A DNA stretch of 64,000 nucleotides from Nitrososphaerota archaeon. GTDB taxonomy: Archaea; Thermoproteota; Nitrososphaeria; Nitrososphaerales; Gagatemarchaeaceae. Location: positions 9,430 to 73,429 of the forward strand of contig JAFMAB010000003.1 in assembly GCA_029785215.1 (NCBI GenBank), written 5' to 3'. Below are positions 10,139 to 20,142 of this stretch, in pieces. A program made the position numbers and the translations under genes. The notes below the pieces were generated by a model, which was given only the letters and a program-made list of their open reading frames with translations, ran no database searches and was not told where the DNA came from. Positions within the stretch are counted from its first letter, which is position 1. Each line of letters begins with the position of its first letter.

Positions 10139-10369
10139 CTAGGTCGGCGGGGGGGATATCATGATTATGTTGTCCCCACGCACGATCAGTGTACCCAGTG
10201 AACTCGACTGTCCGTCGTCGGACACCTCTTCCGCTTTCTCGAGGGCCAGGTTCATGTGCTGGTCGAATCCTTGAAGACTCCCTCTGATGACTTTCCCTCC
10301 CTTCAGCTTGATCAAGACGACCTTCCCGAAGCTCTCGTCAAGGACCTTGACTGCCATGTCTACGGACAA
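10139..10369 (-). CDS. Sm-like archaeal protein (LSm/SmAP)
   Basis: GSLQGFDQHMNL Sm1 and IVRGDNI Sm2 motifs. Confidence 0.95.
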   Translation of the reverse strand: MSVDMAVKVLDESFGKVVLIKLKGGKVIRGSLQGFDQHMNLALEKAEEVSDDGQSSSLGTLIVRGDNIIMISPPPT

Positions 10370-10432
10370 GTTGTTCCCTTGAACCTGCCGTCTGGATTCA
10401 TTTATTTAAAGCAGTCATGAACGCTCCCCCAG

Positions 10433-10912
10433 TTGAAAAAATGGGTCCTGTCACACCGAGACTCGGTAGGGATGATCGCGAAGCTGGAGGGGTCCATGGG
10501 CGTCTCCTTCAGCCTGCCAAAGTCTGCCCAGGCGGAGTGTGCGGAACCAGAAGAAGGAATCGTCTTCGTTAAGCTCGAAGATTACGAGCTGGTGCAGTCT
10601 GGAGAGGTGTTCTTCCCGTTCCTGGGGTCTCAGCCTGCCCTCGCCCTCTTCCCGTCCGTCGTGGTCGACGAGGGTGCCATCAGGTTCCTCATCAACGGGG
10701 CCGACGTGATGCGGCCTGGCATAAGGAAGATGGATGATTGGGGGGCGCCAGGGAAACTTGTTGTCGTCAGGGAGGAGAAGAAGGGGCGCGTCATAGTGGT
10801 CGGCCGCGCGACCGTCCCAGGCGCTGAAGCTCAGTCAATGTCCAAGGGCGAGTGCGTGAAGAACATGCACTATGTGGGAGACCGGTACTGGAACGCCCAC
10901 AAATCCCTCTGA
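10433..10912 (+). CDS. PUA-domain RNA-binding protein (MCT-1/Tma20-like)
   Basis: VVVDEGAIRFLINGADVMRPGI, KNMHYVGD. Confidence 0.88.
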   Translation: MKKWVLSHRDSVGMIAKLEGSMGVSFSLPKSAQAECAEPEEGIVFVKLEDYELVQSGEVFFPFLGSQPALALFPSVVVDEGAIRFLINGADVMRPGIRKMDDWGAPGKLVVVREEKKGRVIVVGRATVPGAEAQSMSKGECVKNMHYVGDRYWNAHKSL

Positions 10913-11045
10913 TCGGTTTTACTTTCGCGCTCCCCTCTCCTTTTAAGCTGAGAAGGAAATCCCCGCCCAGAGAACTATTCTCTACAACGGTGTCTAACTA
11001 ATTCAGGGCTGCGATAGAATTGCTGGCGCCGCCCTACCCTTAATA

Positions 11046-11372
11046 ATGACCATGAGTCACGGAGAACCACTTCAAATGTCCGGTGTGATGCAGGAGAGGA
11101 AGCTCGAAGGGAAGAGCAAGGAGATTCTTCTGAAGGCGCTGGCGCTCAAGAGCATCGAGGAGCTGCCCAAGATTCAGGAAGACGTCTCCAACAAGACCAT
11201 AGTGATACTCAAAGTGACCCCGCTGGCCCAGAAGAGCCTCGAAGAGCTAAAGTCCTCGGTCGAGCAGCTATACGAGTTCGCCACCTCGGTCGGTGGGGAC
11301 ATCGCCAGGCTTGGGGACGAAAGGGTCGTGATCACCCCTCCGGGCGTGAGGATCTGGCGCGGCCTCCAGTAG
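11046..11372 (+). CDS. sepF: SepF-like (DUF552) protein
   Basis: GGDIARLGDERVVITPPGVRI C-terminal signature. Confidence 0.75.
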   Translation: MTMSHGEPLQMSGVMQERKLEGKSKEILLKALALKSIEELPKIQEDVSNKTIVILKVTPLAQKSLEELKSSVEQLYEFATSVGGDIARLGDERVVITPPGVRIWRGLQ

Positions 11373-11571
11373 GCCCCTCGTATCATGAATACCTGAGCCG
11401 CTTTCATACAAGCACGTGCGGCTACGCGGCCCTCCGCCGTAAGCTCCAACAAAGGCGGGCAACGGCACGAACAGATTGCGAGCCACGTCCTCCGGGCCTC
11501 CCCGTCACGAATCTGAACCAGTCGCGGGGACGGACTTCAGACCCAGGGGCGTTGTCGGATCCGAGCCAGTG

Positions 11572-13485
11572 TCAGTAGACCCTGATTGCTTCCTGGACTG
11601 CGGGGTGAATCGCGGGGACCCGGTAAATCCTCTGTATGGCGTATGCGAGGTTCTCCGTCTTCCTCTTCTCTCCGTGGTTCACGAGCACCAGCTGCAGCTT
11701 CGGTCTCACCTTGCCTACGAAGCGGATTATCTGGTTGTAGTCGCTGTGGCCGCTGAAGCCGTCCACCTTCTGGACCGAAGCCCTGACGTCTACGATCTTT
11801 ATCTTGCCGTCCTGACCCATCAGGCTCGCCTGGCTCCCCCCGTCGAGGATCCTCCTTCCTATGGTCCCCTGCACCTGGTATGAGACAAAGATGATCTTGT
11901 TCTTCTCTGAGGGGGCGAGGTGTTCGAAGTAGTCGAGGACAGGCCCTCCCTCTAGCATCCCCGATGTCGCCATGATGATGGCAGGCCCTTCTCTGTACGC
12001 CTCTTCTCTGTCGCTCGGGTGCTCTACTTCGGTAAAGTACTCAGACTTGAACGGATTCACCCCTTCTTCGAGTATCTTGGCTCTCAGCTCCCTGGAAAGA
12101 TAGTCGGCATAGGAGACGTGAATCGCCGTGGCTTCCGAGATCATCCCTTCCGTGAAGACCGGCGCCTCCACGAGCACCTTGTTCTTCATGTACTGATCTA
12201 TCACCAGAAGTATCTCCTGTGCCCTCCCCACGGCTGGGATTGGGATCAGCACCTTCCCTCCGTTTCTGAGGGTGCCGTTGATGGCGTTGACGAAGTTCAT
12301 CTCCACCTCTTCACGTACCGGCATGATGTCCTCCTTTGCACCGTAGGTGCTCTCGGTGATTAGAGTCTCTACCCTGGGATAGTTCCAGGTAGCCGAGTCG
12401 AAGAGTTGGGTTCTCCCATACTTGTAGTCCCCGGTGTAGACTATGTTGTGCGCGCCTTCCCCGATGTGGAGGTGGACAGTCGCGGACCCTAAGATGTGCC
12501 CGGCGTTGTTGAACACGAGCTTGATGTCGGGCGATATGTCCGTCACCATGCCGTAGGGGAGGGTGATAGTGTGCTGAATCTCGTCTCTGATGTCCTTCTG
12601 GTCGTAAATCAGCCTACCTCCTTCGATCTGGGCGATTTTGACGAAGTCGTTCTGCAGCATGGTCATCAGAGGGAGGGTCGGCTCCGTGCAGTACACAGGT
12701 CCGTCGTAGCCATACTTGTACATGGCAGGGACGAAGCCCTGGTGGTCGAGATGCGCATGGCTCACCACTATGGCATCTATCTCTCCTGGCGATATGTCGG
12801 CCCAGTCGAGGCGCGGATAGGCGTCCCAAGGGTTCCTCGAGCCAGGATGTATGCCGCAGTCAAGTAGCACCTTGCTCTCCGCCGTCTCGACGAGCACGCA
12901 CGACCTTCCCACCTGTTGAAACGCGCCGAGGGTCTTGATGGTGACGTGCTCCTCTGCGGCGATCCGTGGTCTGAATATCGCTTCGCCCAGCTCCCGGTAA
13001 AACTTCTCTCTTATCTCGGACCCTGCTTTCAGCGCGAAGTATACGTTCTGGATGGCGGTGGATTTTATGTGCGGGGCCTTGCGGACCTTGATCTTCCATC
13101 CCGTATTCTCCATGGCGCTGCCAAGGTCGAAACCAGCGTCCTGAGAGAGCAGCCTGGGATTCTCCGCTTCGATGGTTATCTCGCCCAGCGCGTCGTCGAA
13201 GAAGTAGTTGGACGCCCCCGCGTCCGGAGGGACGGTCCTCTCGAGGACCTGCCTCGCATCGCTCTCCTGTTTCCTTATTGACTTCTCAGTCCTGGTGACG
13301 ACCCTCCTCTTCAGGGAGTTCACTATCTCTGAAATGACATAGCTGTTCTTGTGGAGGTAGGCTGGGTTCTTTGTATAGAGGGCTATCCTGGGGCCCTCAT
13401 ACTCTATCCTTGTGATCTGAGCCTCCGCTGGGATATTGTTCAGAATAGCGCTCATCAGGCTCACGCCGTTGGCTTTCTGTTCCAA
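11572..13485 (-). CDS. fttA: Beta-CASP ribonuclease aCPSF1 / transcription termination factor FttA
   Basis: N-terminal KH domains (IEYEGP), SHAHLDH, AGHILGS, FSGHSD, NHGE. Confidence 0.95.
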   Translation of the reverse strand: MEQKANGVSLMSAILNNIPAEAQITRIEYEGPRIALYTKNPAYLHKNSYVISEIVNSLKRRVVTRTEKSIRKQESDARQVLERTVPPDAGASNYFFDDALGEITIEAENPRLLSQDAGFDLGSAMENTGWKIKVRKAPHIKSTAIQNVYFALKAGSEIREKFYRELGEAIFRPRIAAEEHVTIKTLGAFQQVGRSCVLVETAESKVLLDCGIHPGSRNPWDAYPRLDWADISPGEIDAIVVSHAHLDHQGFVPAMYKYGYDGPVYCTEPTLPLMTMLQNDFVKIAQIEGGRLIYDQKDIRDEIQHTITLPYGMVTDISPDIKLVFNNAGHILGSATVHLHIGEGAHNIVYTGDYKYGRTQLFDSATWNYPRVETLITESTYGAKEDIMPVREEVEMNFVNAINGTLRNGGKVLIPIPAVGRAQEILLVIDQYMKNKVLVEAPVFTEGMISEATAIHVSYADYLSRELRAKILEEGVNPFKSEYFTEVEHPSDREEAYREGPAIIMATSGMLEGGPVLDYFEHLAPSEKNKIIFVSYQVQGTIGRRILDGGSQASLMGQDGKIKIVDVRASVQKVDGFSGHSDYNQIIRFVGKVRPKLQLVLVNHGEKRKTENLAYAIQRIYRVPAIHPAVQEAIRVY

Positions 13486-13487
13486 GA

Positions 13488-14168
13488 CTAACTTTTAGTT
13501 GTAAACTGGGCCAGGAGCTTGTCCTTCTCAGCTTCTGTCAGCTCGCGGAACCCTCCCTTGTCGATTATCCCTACGTCGAAGTGGTCCCCCGTCGCCACGT
13601 TTCTACTGGTGGCCGCGATTATCGCCTTGGCGGCCAGCGGGTAAGCTTTCACCACCGCCATCCCAGCCTTGAACTCCGCCTCCAGCACTCCGTAGGCGAC
13701 AGGCGAACCGCTCCCCGTGGCTATCATGTTCTCCTGGTTGAGCGAACCGAATATGTCGACGTTGAAAAGGGAGCCACCGGTAGAGTCTACTCCCCCAACC
13801 AGCACGTCTGCTATCAGAGGATAAAGTCTCGATGAAAAGAGCATGTTCGACACCACCTGTGCCGCCGCCTTCACTGGCATCTGCCTCCCCTTCTCCATCC
13901 TGTACATGCTCGAGTAATACTTCGCTGTGTCGGTCACGTTCTGGGCATCCGCCACCCCGCCGGATATGGTCATCGCGATGTTGTCGTCGATTCTGATAAG
14001 TTTCTTGCCTCTCTTGTGCGCGATGAATCCGCCTGCTGTGACCCGTGTGTCTGTCGCCAGCACTACCCCATCGGGACAGACCAGTCCAACAGTGGTGGTG
14101 CCGTGATACGTGGCCGACCCTAGCATCTTACCCCCAGTCTGGTTGTATTCTCTAGACACTTTGTCCAC
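13488..14168 (-). CDS. psmB: Proteasome beta subunit (catalytic Thr1 type)
   Basis: Propeptide then HG/TTTVG, ATGSGS; conserved psmB-aCPSF1 pairing. Confidence 0.93.
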   Translation of the reverse strand: MDKVSREYNQTGGKMLGSATYHGTTTVGLVCPDGVVLATDTRVTAGGFIAHKRGKKLIRIDDNIAMTISGGVADAQNVTDTAKYYSSMYRMEKGRQMPVKAAAQVVSNMLFSSRLYPLIADVLVGGVDSTGGSLFNVDIFGSLNQENMIATGSGSPVAYGVLEAEFKAGMAVVKAYPLAAKAIIAATSRNVATGDHFDVGIIDKGGFRELTEAEKDKLLAQFTTKS

Positions 14169-14862
14169 AAACCCCTCAGAACGGACAGACGCCGCGCTCC
14201 CTGTTGCTTATTTAATCTTTCCAAGTTCCGCGGATTTCAATCCTTCAGCGATGGGGGAACGGAGCCGAGCGTCGGGAGTCGCCCTGCATGGGCATCCTGC
14301 ACGCGCTGATACAGATTTTCGACGCACAAGGAGAAACGGAGGGACTCGGCGTAGCCGTCTGGTGTCGGACCCTCTCCGCGAACGTCCGACCAAGATTCTA
14401 TCATCGATGCCGGCGCGTGGCCTCGACGCGAGCCTTCCGACATCACCTCCGACACGAGGGCGAACATTGTGCATGCCTGCGCTCTAGAACGTGAAGAGCT
14501 CGCGGGTCTGCTCCTCTTGCTTGGGGAGCAGGCCAGCGCCTTCCCCCCGGGCTGCCCTTCACTCACCTCTCCGCAGAAGAGGCGTTGGGGGGGCTTGTGG
14601 AACTCCCGGGAGGCTTCCCTGAGCGAGGGTCCGGAGCAGGCTCATGTGGGCTCCGAGCCGAGCGCTGCAGGTTTCTACAACGCATGCGGCTTCACGAGTG
14701 CCCCTGCTGCGCCTGACGACCAGTAGATGCCCCATGCTTCGACCAAGGGTCGGCGCCTGGACGAATCCGCTTTGGCAACTGCCAAGACCCCCGGCGAGTC
14801 GCCTCTGTGCGACGCCTGACCCACCGAAGTGGCCTTAAGGCACTACGCGAGGCGCCCCCCAC

Positions 14863-15900
14863 ATGGACCCCGGCTACCACCTCATGGAGCTCCCCACCAA
14901 GATACTGATTGGGGACGGGGTCATCGGGAAGCTGGGCGGGTTTGTGACAGACAAAGGCCCCCGGAAGACAGTGATATCGTCAGGTTCCCACGTCACCTCA
15001 AAGGTGAGGGCGACCGTGGACGGCACCCTGGATAAGAGACCTGTCTGGGTTGAAGTGACGGCGGCCGACACGCAGAACGTGGACAAGGTGACGCGCGCAG
15101 CTAAGGGGGCCGGGAGGATAATAGGGGTGGGGGGCGGCAAGAGCGTGGATGTTGGGAAGCTGGCCGCGTTCCAGCTCGGGGTCCCGTTCTACTCGGTCCC
15201 CACCAGCGCGTCCCACGACGGGATATCCAGCCCGTTCGCGTCGCTCAGGGGGCTCGACAGGCCTTACTCTGTGAAGGCCAAACCTCCCGTGGGAATTCTC
15301 GCCGACACAGAGGTGATCGGCTCCGCGCCAAAGCGGCTGCTTGCGTCGGGGTGCGGGGACCTCGTGTCGAAGCTGACGGCGGTCAAGGACTGGCAGCTGG
15401 CGCACAAGGCTACCGGGGAGTACTATGGAGGATACTCAGCGAGCTTGGCGCTCATGAGCGCCGATGTGGTCCTGAACGGGTCCAAGGCCATGGGGAGATT
15501 TGGGAAAGCGAGTGTCCGTGACCTTGTGGAAGCGCTGATCAGCACCGGTGTGGCCGCTGGCATAGCCGGGAGCTCCAGACCATGCTCCGGTTCAGAGCAC
15601 CTCTTCAGCCACTACCTTGACGTCTTGGAACCAGGGGTCGGGCTACATGGAGAGAAGTGCGGGATCGGGACGATAATGATGGCACGGCTCCACGGGCTTG
15701 ACTGGAGGCGCGTGAGGGAGGCTCTCCTGAACGTAGGCGCCCCGGTGGAGGCCTCGGCAATAGGCATCGGTGATTCGCCTGTGGTCCAGTCGTTGGCCAA
15801 GGCGAGCACAATCAGGCCCGACAGGTACACGATCCTCTCTGAGAGGAGGCTCGACGAAAGGAGCGCGAAGGCGCTGGCCAGGGCTACCGGCGTTATCTAG
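14863..15900 (+). CDS. egsA: sn-glycerol-1-phosphate dehydrogenase
   Basis: GGGKSVDVGK, PTSASHDGISS, SRPCSGSEHLFSH, HGEKCG. Confidence 0.95.
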   Translation: MDPGYHLMELPTKILIGDGVIGKLGGFVTDKGPRKTVISSGSHVTSKVRATVDGTLDKRPVWVEVTAADTQNVDKVTRAAKGAGRIIGVGGGKSVDVGKLAAFQLGVPFYSVPTSASHDGISSPFASLRGLDRPYSVKAKPPVGILADTEVIGSAPKRLLASGCGDLVSKLTAVKDWQLAHKATGEYYGGYSASLALMSADVVLNGSKAMGRFGKASVRDLVEALISTGVAAGIAGSSRPCSGSEHLFSHYLDVLEPGVGLHGEKCGIGTIMMARLHGLDWRRVREALLNVGAPVEASAIGIGDSPVVQSLAKASTIRPDRYTILSERRLDERSAKALARATGVI

Positions 15901-16685
15901 GCAGTCTCAGCGTTCGTGCCGGTCTTCACCGGCGCCTTTTCATCATCCGGCTGGGCCTTACCAGCCCCGGCCCCTTCGCTCTTCTCCTCCTTCGGAAGGG
16001 CCTTCTCATTCTTGAATGTCTCCACGAAGGCGAGCGAAGAGATCGCTGGAACGAACTTGAACACGTCGTTGGCAATCCCTCTCTTGATTATCTGGAGCCC
16101 TTCGACCAAGAACAGGTCTTGCGGGACCGTCACAGTCAGGTTGCCGCCGTTCAGCTCGAACGTTGCTCTGCTCCCCTCTCCTGCCAGCCTCCTGTCGATT
16201 AGAGCCCTCACCTTGTCGTCGTCTGCTTCGACTTTCTTGAGGACTTCAAAGTCGTAGACAATCGACTTCCCAGCGAGCCTGTGGTTGAAGTCAACCTGCG
16301 CCCTTCCAGACCCGATGAACCTCACAATGCCAACTCTGTTGTCAACGTCCACGCTATCGCCCACGGCTAGCTCGTGCTCCCTATCCCCGAATTTCCGGAG
16401 CGGGATCATGCGGAGCTGGGTAGGATCCCTGTTGCCGAACGCCTTCTCCGGGGAGAGTTCGATCTCCTTCTTGTCCCCCACTGAGAGCTTAGCCACCTCG
16501 GCGTCCAGGCCGGTGATGAGCCACCCCTCGCCCACGGCCACGAGTCTTGGCTCGTATCTCCTCGCCTCCTCGTATATCTTGAGCTGCTTGGCCTCGGACT
16601 CCACAGTGGACTCGATGCCTTCGCCGGTATCCTTCACCCACGCGGTGTAGTTTGCGAATATCAGGCTGCCCTTCTCAAACGCCAT
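15897..16685 (-). CDS. FKBP-type peptidyl-prolyl isomerase (long archaeal SlyD-type)
   Basis: PEKAFG, VDFNHRLAGK. Confidence 0.92.
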   Translation of the reverse strand: MAFEKGSLIFANYTAWVKDTGEGIESTVESEAKQLKIYEEARRYEPRLVAVGEGWLITGLDAEVAKLSVGDKKEIELSPEKAFGNRDPTQLRMIPLRKFGDREHELAVGDSVDVDNRVGIVRFIGSGRAQVDFNHRLAGKSIVYDFEVLKKVEADDDKVRALIDRRLAGEGSRATFELNGGNLTVTVPQDLFLVEGLQIIKRGIANDVFKFVPAISSLAFVETFKNEKALPKEEKSEGAGAGKAQPDDEKAPVKTGTNAETA

Positions 16686-16722
16686 GGATTTCGACCAGCC
16701 TCCAGGTTGGGTTTAAAGAGTT

Positions 16723-17817
16723 TCAGCTCCCGAAGGCGGCAAGGGTCTCTCCTATGGCCCGCAGCGTGGTCTCTACGTAGGCCTCGTTGATCTGGCCCAT
16801 GCATCCTACCCTGAACACTTTGCCCGCGAACGGGCCGAATCCGCCTGCTATCACGACCCCCTTGCGCTGGGCTAGCTCCTCCCTGAACCTCGAGTCGTCA
16901 ACCCCTTGGGGGTAGTACGAAGCGACGACCGTCTTGGACCTCACGGACTTCTCCGCTACCGCCTTGAGGCCCAGTTTCGCCAGGCCGTCGTATATGCCCA
17001 CAGACATGCGGTCGTGCCTTTCGACCCTCTTCTCCAGCCCCTCTTCGAGAAGTTCCTCCAAAGCCTCGTCCAGCGCGTAGTAAAGTGGGAGGGCCGGTGT
17101 GAAAGGCGTCTGCCCCTTGGCGCCATACTCCAGGTACCTGTGGAGGTCGAAGTATCTGGTCTTTGGTGGAGATCCCTTCAGGTAATCTGCCACCCTATCG
17201 CTCACCGAGAGCAGCGCCAGTCCAGGGGGGGCTGCGACGCACTTTTGGCTCCCGGTGATGCAAACGTCCACCCCCCACCTGTCGACAGGGATGGCGTACC
17301 CCCCAAGACTGGAGATGGCGTCTATCACTGCGAAGGCCCCACTGTCCCTGGCGAGCCTTGTGGCCTCCTCGACGTAGGGGACCGCCACCCCCGTGCTGGT
17401 CTCGTTGTGCACCAAGAACATCGCCTTGACTTTCTCATGCTGCTCCATGGCAGATTTCAGCTGTTCAAGGGTCGGAACCTTCCCGAAGTCAGACGAGACC
17501 CGAATCGCCACTCCACCGGCTAGCTCCACGGTCTCCGCGAGCCTCATGCTGAATTCGCCGAAGACAGGTACCACGGCTACGTCCCCTGGCCGTATGAGGT
17601 TCCAGACCGCAGCCTCTACCCCCCCTGTGCCTGACGAGGAAAGTACCACCGCTTCTCCCTGCGTCTGGAAGAGGCGCTTCGTCTTGTCGAGGACCCCTTT
17701 GTAGAGCTCAGTGAACTCATTGCCTCTGTGGTTGATGACAGGGTTGAGCATCGCCCGCATGACCCTCTCTGAAACGTTGGTGGGTCCAGGAAGCATGATC
17801 AGCTTCTGTTTATCCAT
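16723..17817 (-). CDS. Class V aminotransferase (serine-pyruvate/alanine-glyoxylate family)
   Basis: MLPGPT, HNETSTG, DAISS, GSQKC, FRVGCMG. Confidence 0.9.
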   Translation of the reverse strand: MDKQKLIMLPGPTNVSERVMRAMLNPVINHRGNEFTELYKGVLDKTKRLFQTQGEAVVLSSSGTGGVEAAVWNLIRPGDVAVVPVFGEFSMRLAETVELAGGVAIRVSSDFGKVPTLEQLKSAMEQHEKVKAMFLVHNETSTGVAVPYVEEATRLARDSGAFAVIDAISSLGGYAIPVDRWGVDVCITGSQKCVAAPPGLALLSVSDRVADYLKGSPPKTRYFDLHRYLEYGAKGQTPFTPALPLYYALDEALEELLEEGLEKRVERHDRMSVGIYDGLAKLGLKAVAEKSVRSKTVVASYYPQGVDDSRFREELAQRKGVVIAGGFGPFAGKVFRVGCMGQINEAYVETTLRAIGETLAAFGS

Positions 17818-18346
17818 GCCTGCCACCCTTCAGGTCCTTGCGGATAAGCGCTCTCACGCGCTCCACTCCGCCGAACTTCTCAACCAGCCTGGCCACCTGG
17901 GCCGGCACCAGTGCTTTCCAGTCCTTGCGTTCAAGAATCCTGTCCCTGACGTTGGTGGCCGAGTACTTCTCCCTGTCTAGGTATGGCACCGCCTTCACCT
18001 GGATGCCTTCTTCTCTGAAGAGCAGGAACGTCAGCGCGTCGTTCGTGAATACCCTGTCGAACTTAGGGACCATGGACACCACGGTGGACACCCACAGAGA
18101 GTGCGAATCGGCGTCCGCGATGGGTATCGCCATCCACCTTGAAGGGTCCACTCCGTTACCGTCCAGCGCCGCCTTGATCATCGCAATCCTTTCCCCTGCC
18201 GTGAAAGGGTTGTCCCTTTCATGGCTTCTCTGGGCTGACCCTACCACCACGTAGAGGTAGTCCACCTCACGCAGGGCGTACTTCACAGCTCCAAGATGAC
18301 CAAGATGGAACGGTTGGAACCGGCCGACCAGAAGACCGACCCGCAT
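17810..18346 (-). CDS. Nicotinamide-nucleotide adenylyltransferase
   Basis: GRFQPFHLGH, NPFTAGER, SATNVR. Confidence 0.93.
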   Translation of the reverse strand: MRVGLLVGRFQPFHLGHLGAVKYALREVDYLYVVVGSAQRSHERDNPFTAGERIAMIKAALDGNGVDPSRWMAIPIADADSHSLWVSTVVSMVPKFDRVFTNDALTFLLFREEGIQVKAVPYLDREKYSATNVRDRILERKDWKALVPAQVARLVEKFGGVERVRALIRKDLKGGRHG

Positions 18347-18432
18347 CCGACTTCGTTCGGCCCGCCCCTGCGGGCTCTATTTAAGAAGACCAGCGCCATA
18401 GCTTAACAGGTCGTGGTCTGACGAGGCTCGCC

Positions 18433-19497
18433 ATGGGCTACGTCGAAGTGGACGGCTCGCAGGGCGAGGGAGGAGGGCAGATCCTCCGTTCGGCGCTGGC
18501 GTTTTCTGCGACTGGGCGTGTCCCCGTCCGCGTAGTCAATATCAGGGCAGGGAGAGAGGTCCCGGGGCTCAAGAGGCAGCACCTCTCGGCGCTGAGGGTC
18601 CTAGCTGATGTTTTCGGCGGGGAGTTAAGCGGGGCGACCGAAGGATCCCAAGAGGTCAAGTTCGCCCCAGGGTACCCGCGGCGCGAGGCCGTATCGGCCG
18701 ACATGGGGACCGCTGCGAGCGTAACCTTGGTCCTCCAGGCCGTGGTCCCCGCGGTCGCGCTGAGCGGCTCGCACCTCCGGCTCCAACTGGTGGGAGGGAC
18801 AGACGTCCCCTGGAGCCCGACCTTCGACTACTTCCGCGAAGTCGTGAGAGCGGGATACGGGAAACTCGGTATGCGTCTCGAGGTCGAAGCATCCAGCCGC
18901 GGCTACTACCCGCGGGGCGGTGGCGTCATCACTGCCTCCATAGAGCCCTGCGGGGGCGTCTCCGCCCTGGACATGACCTCCAGGCCCCCGGTGAAGTCTG
19001 TCCGACTCTTGAGTCGTTGTGGCAGCCTCCCGAAGGCAGTCGCCCAGCGCCAGGCTGATTCGGCGGTCGAGCTCTTGCGAAAGGCAGACATCGACGCGCA
19101 GTCCGAGGTAGTCGCCGCGGAGTCTGCCTCCCCAGGCACCTCGGTGCTGGTCGCGCGCGTGAGCAGCGAGGCTCTTCTCGGCTCAGACGCCATAGGGGCG
19201 AAAGGGAAGCCCGCAGAGGGGGTGGGTAGGGAAGCAGCGGCGGCGTTCCTTGCAGCCGAGCGGTCTGGAGGGTGCTTGGATGCGAACTTGGCGGACATGC
19301 TGCTCCCGCTCCTCTCCATGGCGAAGCGAGAGTCGCGGGTGAAGATCCCATCGATGACATCGCACCTTGAGTCGGGGCTCAGGCTGGCGGGGCTCTTTAC
19401 CGGGTGCCGTTGGAAGGTAGAGCCTTCAGGTGACGGGGTCATGGTCACGGTGACCCCAGTGGGGGGATGGCGTCGCGCCGAACGGCACAATGTCTAA
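18433..19497 (+). CDS. rtcA: RNA 3'-terminal phosphate cyclase
   Basis: DGSQGEGGGQILR, GGTDVPWSP, RGYYPRGGG, TSHL. Confidence 0.93.
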   Translation: MGYVEVDGSQGEGGGQILRSALAFSATGRVPVRVVNIRAGREVPGLKRQHLSALRVLADVFGGELSGATEGSQEVKFAPGYPRREAVSADMGTAASVTLVLQAVVPAVALSGSHLRLQLVGGTDVPWSPTFDYFREVVRAGYGKLGMRLEVEASSRGYYPRGGGVITASIEPCGGVSALDMTSRPPVKSVRLLSRCGSLPKAVAQRQADSAVELLRKADIDAQSEVVAAESASPGTSVLVARVSSEALLGSDAIGAKGKPAEGVGREAAAAFLAAERSGGCLDANLADMLLPLLSMAKRESRVKIPSMTSHLESGLRLAGLFTGCRWKVEPSGDGVMVTVTPVGGWRRAERHNV

Positions 19498-19530
19498 AAG
19501 GGCGGGCACAGGCGCCTCATCAGATTTCCG

Positions 19531-20130
19531 ATGTCCTACGAACAGTTCATGCCAGGGGCGACTGCCGTCGGCATCGCCTACAAGGACGGAGTCGTCATGG
19601 GCGCGGAGCGCCGGATAACCCTAGGGAACTTCGTGAGGAGCAAGTCTGGTAAGAAGGTCTTCAAGGTCACCGACAACGTCGGTGCGGTCTGCGCCGGAAT
19701 GATTGCTGACATGCAGAACCTGGTGAAGGAGGTCTCCGTCTACTCTAAGCTGAAGGAGCTCGAATCAAGGAAGTCGATGAAGCCTAACTCTGTCGCGAAG
19801 CTAATGTCGACTCTCATGTTCCAGAACAGGTACGCCCCTCTGCTGACGCAGGTCATTCTGGGGGGCATCGGCGACAAGCCGGTGGTCTTCGTCCTCGACC
19901 CGCTGGGCAGCGTGATCTCAGACCAATACGCCACCGTTGGCACTGGCGAGGAGACCGCCATCGGGGTGATCGAAGCGGGGTACGACCCCAATATGGCCCA
20001 GAAAGAGGCACGAGACCTCGCGATATCTGCCATCAAGGCGGCGGTGGCCAGGGACGCCATGAGCGGCAACGGGATTGATATCTTGACCGTCGACAAGACG
20101 GGCATCAAGGAAGAAGGCATAGACCTGTAG
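19531..20130 (+). CDS. psmB: Second proteasome beta subunit (Ala at the Thr1 position)
   Basis: PGATAVGI, DPLGS, RDAMSGNGID. Confidence 0.88.
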   Translation: MSYEQFMPGATAVGIAYKDGVVMGAERRITLGNFVRSKSGKKVFKVTDNVGAVCAGMIADMQNLVKEVSVYSKLKELESRKSMKPNSVAKLMSTLMFQNRYAPLLTQVILGGIGDKPVVFVLDPLGSVISDQYATVGTGEETAIGVIEAGYDPNMAQKEARDLAISAIKAAVARDAMSGNGIDILTVDKTGIKEEGIDL

Positions 20131-20142
20131 GGGCGGTTCTTC

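Noticed and set aside
11373..11571. Small ORF or sRNA between sepF and fttA
   Set aside because: No convincing coding signature or box motifs.
14220..14835. RNase P RNA or SRP RNA assignment
   Set aside because: The conserved P4 (GAGGAA.. / ACAGAA) and SRP helix-8 motifs were not found on either strand.
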